Notes under the pieces: generated by a model
The model's input: only the letters and a program-made list of their open reading frames with translations
Told to the model about the DNA's origin: nothing
Database searches by the model: none
Made by a program: the position numbers and the translations under genes
NCBI GenBank assembly: GCA_946965045.2
Contig: OX337234.1
Coordinates: 124,001-188,000 of the forward strand
Source of the DNA: Epithemia pelagica
Lineage: Eukaryota > Protista > Bacillariophyta
Length of the DNA: 64,000 nt
Direction of reading: 5' to 3'
Shown: positions 58,767 through 64,000 of the stretch, in pieces
How positions within the stretch are numbered: the first letter of the stretch is position 1
Layout of the letters: every line of letters starts with the position of its first letter

Positions 58767-59631
58767 GATGGAGGAATGGATTGATTGACTTGATTGATTG
58801 ATTGATTCGTTCGTCGTCCGTGTGTTCTTGCTTGCTTTCTTGTTTGAGTTCTGGTTTGGGTCGTTGTGTGCTTTGGGGAATCCAGTTGCAACAAAGACTT
58901 TCGGTGCGTGTCGCAATGTTGTACGAGGATGGTTCTGTTTGTCTGGTGCTTTCCACAACCGTGTCGAACGCGAAGGATCAAGGCCACAAGGAATGTGTAT
59001 TACCAAGAACGAAAGATCCGCTCACCAACGTCGCGAAGCGAAGCGAACCAAAAAAGATCGGTCGCCTTTGTAACTTATGCGACTGACATATAAGACGGTC
59101 GCTCTTAAGGAGTCACATATATGAGTCGCACAACCAAGTCGCCTCTATGAGTCCCGGACTCGTGCGAGTCCCACGCCACGTTTCGTCACGTGGCTGGAGC
59201 TGTGACATGACACTGTCCAATCAAAGGTCCATGACAGGGGCTTGCTCAGTCGACGTCATAGTCCGACACACGCTTGGGACAACGCGAACTCCACAAACAA
59301 GGAGAGAGCCACAACGAGTGTGATGGATCTTGCAGTTTGGCATCGCTGGTGAGACCGTTTTGAATTCGTGTCCTTGTCATCATCCAGCACAGCATTGCTC
59401 TTTGGCGCTCTCTGGTTCAACTTTCTTCGGTCGTCGTCCTGATTCGTGAAAGTTGGATCCATCATCAGGTCACCAAGCAGGGGTGAGCAAGCAAACAAGC
59501 AAACAAAAAATCAACTACGAACTAGGACAACACAGAGACAAGCAAAGGAACCCCCCTCTCTTCTTTCTTGTGAACGTGCGTGAACTGGACTGGAACCAAC
59601 ACCAATTAATTACAAATCACACAAAAAAACA

Positions 59632-61106
59632 ATGAGCTCTCGAATTTCATCCTCCTGTTCCGTGGCGGCTGTGGTCCTTGCGGGCCTCTTCTTCTTGTCC
59701 AGGAGTAGTCAAGCCTTTGTACTGCAACCACCACCAGCATCCTCCTCCTCCTCTTCTTTGGTTGCCTTGTCCATGGTGGCCGTCGATCCGACGGTATTGA
59801 GCAAACAAGAATATCAAGATGTTTGTGGGTTGGACTTTGATCAAGAAACCATGGAACAACGATTGCAAGCCACCAACTACTTGTATCCGCAACATGTCCA
59901 AGTCATTTCCGAATTGGAACCGGTGGCGCAAGAAATGGTGGACGATGTGGTACGTTTTTGGATTACCAAACGTGTTTGGGGAGTTACTGCTGCTGTTTTG
60001 TTGTCCAAGGATGGATTCTAGCTCTTTTATATTCTCATGTGCATTCTTTTTGGTTGCATTGCGGTTTGCTTTCTTCTTTGCCTTCTCTATTTATGATTGT
60101 GAATCATGGCCCACAACTATTATGACGATTCGGTATATAGCTCTTGGAAACGGGCGAGGCGGCCTGGCAACCTCAAGATTTTTTGCCCGACTTGTCTCAA
60201 TCGAACGATTGGTTGCCCCAAGTCCAGGAATTGCGCGACATGGCGGCCGGCTTGTCCAAAGACTTGTGGGTTGTGTTGATTGGGGACATGGTGACGGAAG
60301 AAGCCTTGCCGACCTACCAAACCTTGCTCAATACCTTTGAAGGGTGCGACGATCCCACCGGTACCTCGTCCTCGGCCTGGGCCCAATGGAGTCGAGGCTG
60401 GACGTCGGAAGAAAATCGACACGGCGATTTGTTGCACAAATATATGTATTTGAGTGGCCAATGCGACATGCGGAGTGTCGAAGTCACCATTCAACACTTG
60501 ATTTCCAATGGCTTTAATCCCAATGCCCAAAAAGATCCCTACCGCGGCTTTGTCTATACCAGTTTTCAAGAACGGGCCACCAAACTCTCCCATGGCCGCG
60601 TCGGACAATTGGCCCGCCAACAAGGCGATGTCCGCTTGCAAAAAATTTGTGCCACGATTGCCGGCGACGAAGGTCGACACGAAAAGGCCTATCAACGATT
60701 TTGCAGTGAAATTCTAAAACGCGATCCCAATGGCTTTGTGTTGGAAATGGCCAATGTCTTGCGGGGCCAAATTGTCATGCCGGCCCAACAAATGTCGGAT
60801 GGCGTCAATCCCCACTTGTATCAAGACTTTGCGAACGTGGCCCAACGATTGGGCGTTTATACCGCCTTGGATTATGCCGATATTTTGCAACATTTGGTCA
60901 CCAAATGGGATTTGGAACACTTGCCCGACGATGGCAGTTTGACGGCTCAAGGGCAAAAGGAATTGGACTATCTCTGTCGCTTGCCGGAACGGTATCGCAA
61001 ATTGGCCGAACGGTCCATGAACAAACAATCCAAAAAATTACGAACCCAAGAACAAGAGGCCCAGGAAAAGGTGGCCTTTTCGTGGATCTTTGGACAAGCA
61101 GTGTAA
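59632..61106 (+). CDS. SAD: Plastid acyl-ACP delta-9 desaturase (stearoyl/palmitoyl-ACP); exons 59632-59949, 60141-61106
   Basis: Bipartite signal SQA-F; di-iron motifs WTSEENRHGDLL and DEGRHEKAY; YTSFQERAT; WQPQDFLPD. Intron GTG|gtacgt..tatag|CTC. Confidence 0.95.
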
Positions 61107-61728
61107 CGATTGTCGCGTTGGTGCGGATGGTGGTTTCGTCGTATCCAACCGTTCTTTGTTCCATTTGTTTGTTTGTGAACCGTTCCATGTTCTTCCATTT
61201 CACACACTGGAGAGGGAAAGCGAAAAAATATCCAATCCTTGCTCTCTCCCCTCTCTCTCCTTGTCATCCACACTCATTCCCAACCACAATGACCACACAT
61301 GGCGACGCCTCTCTTTTTCTGTCTCGCTCCATTGACAATCCCAGCTAAACTCCACTTCTTCTACGACTACTATTCCCTACGATTGGATGCATGCGCACAA
61401 GTGCTCTGTTTGTTTGCATTGCTAGTTTGCCTTCCAATTTCGTTCTCTCTTAGTAACTATAATATCATAGAACCTTCCTCCAGCCTTGTCTGTAAGGGAG
61501 ACGAATAGTCTTATCTTTTAGGGGGAGGGATAGCTTCGAGATTGGGGGAATAGAAGAAGGCCCGATAGTTATCGATGGGGGAATCGAATGTCCATCCGAC
61601 ATCCCATTCTTATGCCTTTCATGTCTCTCCGACATCAGAGAATGACATCCAGACATTCTCAGTTCTCAGTCCATTTTGCCGCGAAGATACTCTCACACAC
61701 AAAATTTGCCCATGAAAAAAGATGACAG

Positions 61729-63235
61729 ATGATGATGCGTTCGATAAAACAAACAGAAGCTTCGCTCTATGATAAGGTTCCGGTCAACGAGGAGAAAGTG
61801 GAGATGCCTGTGATGACCAGCGACAGTGCGGTCCTTGGAGATGGTGGTGATCGCACAACAAGCATAACTTGGACCGATTCATATTTTGACGATAAGGTGG
61901 AACCATCCGACTTGATTGCTGTCTTTGATTATGATCAAGATAGCATGATGAGATCTTTGACTCAAGCGGTCTGTTGTGGCCCTATTGTGATCTTTTCATT
62001 CATGATCATTGTTGATACCATGGCAATTGTACAAGGTGCTCCTGTTGTCGCCATTGTCGCCGTCACCTTATTCCCTGTGGCGATAATGGTTTTGTGCGGA
62101 GGAATTGGTTTCTGTGTTTCTCGAAGAAGCATGATGAGTGGTGATCATCCACACGTCGCACTTACTCGAAATGGTATTCGGATCGATACCAACAGCTCCA
62201 ATTTTGGCTATGAAACGGTAAGTCTATACCAACTTTCCTGCATTGTTGTTTATGTTTTTGGTTCCCATTCATGCCTGTGCCATTTGTCAACTTATGTACT
62301 TTCTTCGCGTTGGTGTTGCATGATACCATATGGGAGCATAGACAAGATACATGTTAATAAGGATTGTGACGCTGAAGTTATCATTATTTCGAACGACCAT
62401 TGGAACCTAGTGCGACATCTAGTGGACTCTTATGGTTTCGTCGCCATGGTACAACGCCAGATGGATTGTTATTTGAGTCAACAAAATGATTGTACCGACA
62501 AAGAAGAGGCAAGAACAGAGATCTGTGACACTGCCTCGGTTGGTGAAACTGGTCGTACCACCACCACTTCGACTTGGACTGATTCATATTTTGACGATAA
62601 GGTCGAGCCATCCGACATGATTGCTGTCTTCGATTATGATCGGGATAGCATGATACGATCTATGAATCGATTTATTTGCATCATCGCCATATTGTCTCCA
62701 TTTGTGTACTTGTCCGTGAATGGGTCGGAGCCGAGCATTGGAGACAATGTTTTTGTTGACATGACTCTAAGCTTTATTCTTCCCATGATTCTGGTTGGAG
62801 GATTTCTTTCATATCTCTACGTTTCTTCTCTACGACGTATTATGGGCGGCGATCATCCTCATGTCGCTCTTACACGGAAAGGGATTCGGATAGATTACAC
62901 AAGCTCCAATTTTGGCTATCGTACGGTATGTTTACTACATTTGAACTGTACATTGGTTGCTTCCTTCATGTTTACACCTAACCCTGCTTCGTGTTTCCTT
63001 TCCCGTGTCGCTACTGGTGGTCCTGACTACTGGTGGTCCTGACTACTGGTGGTCCTGAAAGATACCATATGAAAGTATAGACAAAGTTTACGTCAATCGA
63101 AATTGTGGCATACGGGAAACTATTGTTCGGAAAGACGACCATATCGTGGATCATGAAGGTTTTGTCGCCATGGTACAAAGCCAAGTGGATTGTCGACGAG
63201 AGACTGTATCGGATGAAGCATCAGAAACAGCATGA
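61729..63235 (+). CDS. Membrane protein of unknown function made of two tandem homologous modules; exons 61729-62925 (may contain an intron 62218-62322) and 63062-63235
   Basis: The module TWTDSYFDDKVEPSD[LM]IAVFDYD..2 TM..GDHPHVALTR.GIRID..SSNFGY.T|IPY.SIDK...GFVAMVQ occurs twice. Confidence 0.75.
63011..63058 (+). repeat. 16-bp unit x3 (CTACTGGTGGTCCTGA) at the 3' end of an intron
   Basis: Three perfect copies directly before the AG acceptor at 63060-63061. Confidence 0.95.
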
Positions 63236-64000
63236 GTAAGATATAAAGCGGAAAGGACACCCATGCTCAACAGGATTATGGTTCTGGTCACTGGCTGTAA
63301 GCCGCGAGAACAGCAACGTGCACTTGCCCCAGTCAACAAGCTGTGTACCGAATCTCGCAACATTTGGGAAATGCACAGTTCCATATTTACACTGGTCCAA
63401 CAAGGATTCGACATCTATACACCTCGGGACTATGGGCATGCTTTATCTGTTCTGGAGTCTTCCTTCTCTATGGTATCTTGTTGGTTCCACGTTCTTCGCC
63501 TAGTTTTCCGTTACGAAAACGAAGCACTTGCACAAACTTTTGGATGCGCGTTTGTGCGCTCCCTTTTTGTGTTGCCAGTCAGCCTTCCGACTCCTTCCTT
63601 GCAGTGTCCCAGTTCCATTTATCGTAGGATGATGAAAGCGTACCTTTGGAGAGGAAATAGTACAAGGTAGTTGTGGAAACCCCAGTGGTTGGTGATCCCA
63701 GTGTTCGTCGGAAAGGTTCCAACACACACGACACGATGTTTTGGTCACGTCCTGTGGAACCCCTGTAACTATAAACTGGAGCTACCAGGCCGGAAACCAC
63801 ATGCTCACATATGTTAGGCAAAGCTGTTCTCCAAAGTAGTAGTAGTAGTCGATAGTTCCACGAATCCCGGCAATGGTAGTTTGCTCCCATGTTGTTTCCG
63901 AAAGAAGAAGAAGAAGAACACAACTCCGTAACCAGTGAAAACCAGCAAGATGCCCGTGAGCACACCGCTGGCAAACCATTTTGCAGGACTCGTCGTGTCC

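Noticed and set aside
59256-59498. Short - strand ORF ending in a hydrophobic stretch (MMDPTFTNQDDD..ITLVVALSLFVEFALSQA)
   Set aside because: It could be an exon or small membrane protein, but there is no homology or downstream exon to support it.
1-64000. CRISPR arrays, rRNA or tRNA genes
   Set aside because: No repeat-spacer array with unique spacers, and no rRNA or cloverleaf sequence recognised. The tandem repeats found are simple duplications or coding repeats.

Overview
Eukaryotic nuclear DNA, most likely from a pennate diatom. This is inferred from short GT-AG introns, bipartite plastid-targeting signals (VEA-F, SQA-F) and a plastid acyl-ACP desaturase. Housekeeping genes include SUMO, a ~4,500-aa HUWE1/UPL1-type HECT E3 ligase, a DUF3007 plastid protein, an acyl-ACP desaturase, two HMG-box genes, two Kelch genes in a large inverted duplication and a flavin amine-oxidase-like gene. 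Accessory structure: (1) a complete 6,966-bp hAT transposon (41143-48108; 8-bp TSD CTATCAAT, TIR CAGGGTCTGGAA) carrying a convergent HhH-GPD/endonuclease III-type DNA glycosylase gene as cargo, the top finding; (2) a 1,290-bp element with perfect 42-bp inverted ends flanked by a 187-bp direct repeat that resembles a very long target-site duplication; (3) a tandem duplication at 5-13 kb that interleaves SUMO fragments with three degenerate paralogues of the amine-oxidase gene, with a fold-back hairpin at the same site in each copy and an acidic repeat tail on the third; (4) a divergent SUMO paralogue; (5) a TA-flanked MITE and a small hAT deletion derivative. All alignments were done by eye and no database searches were run.
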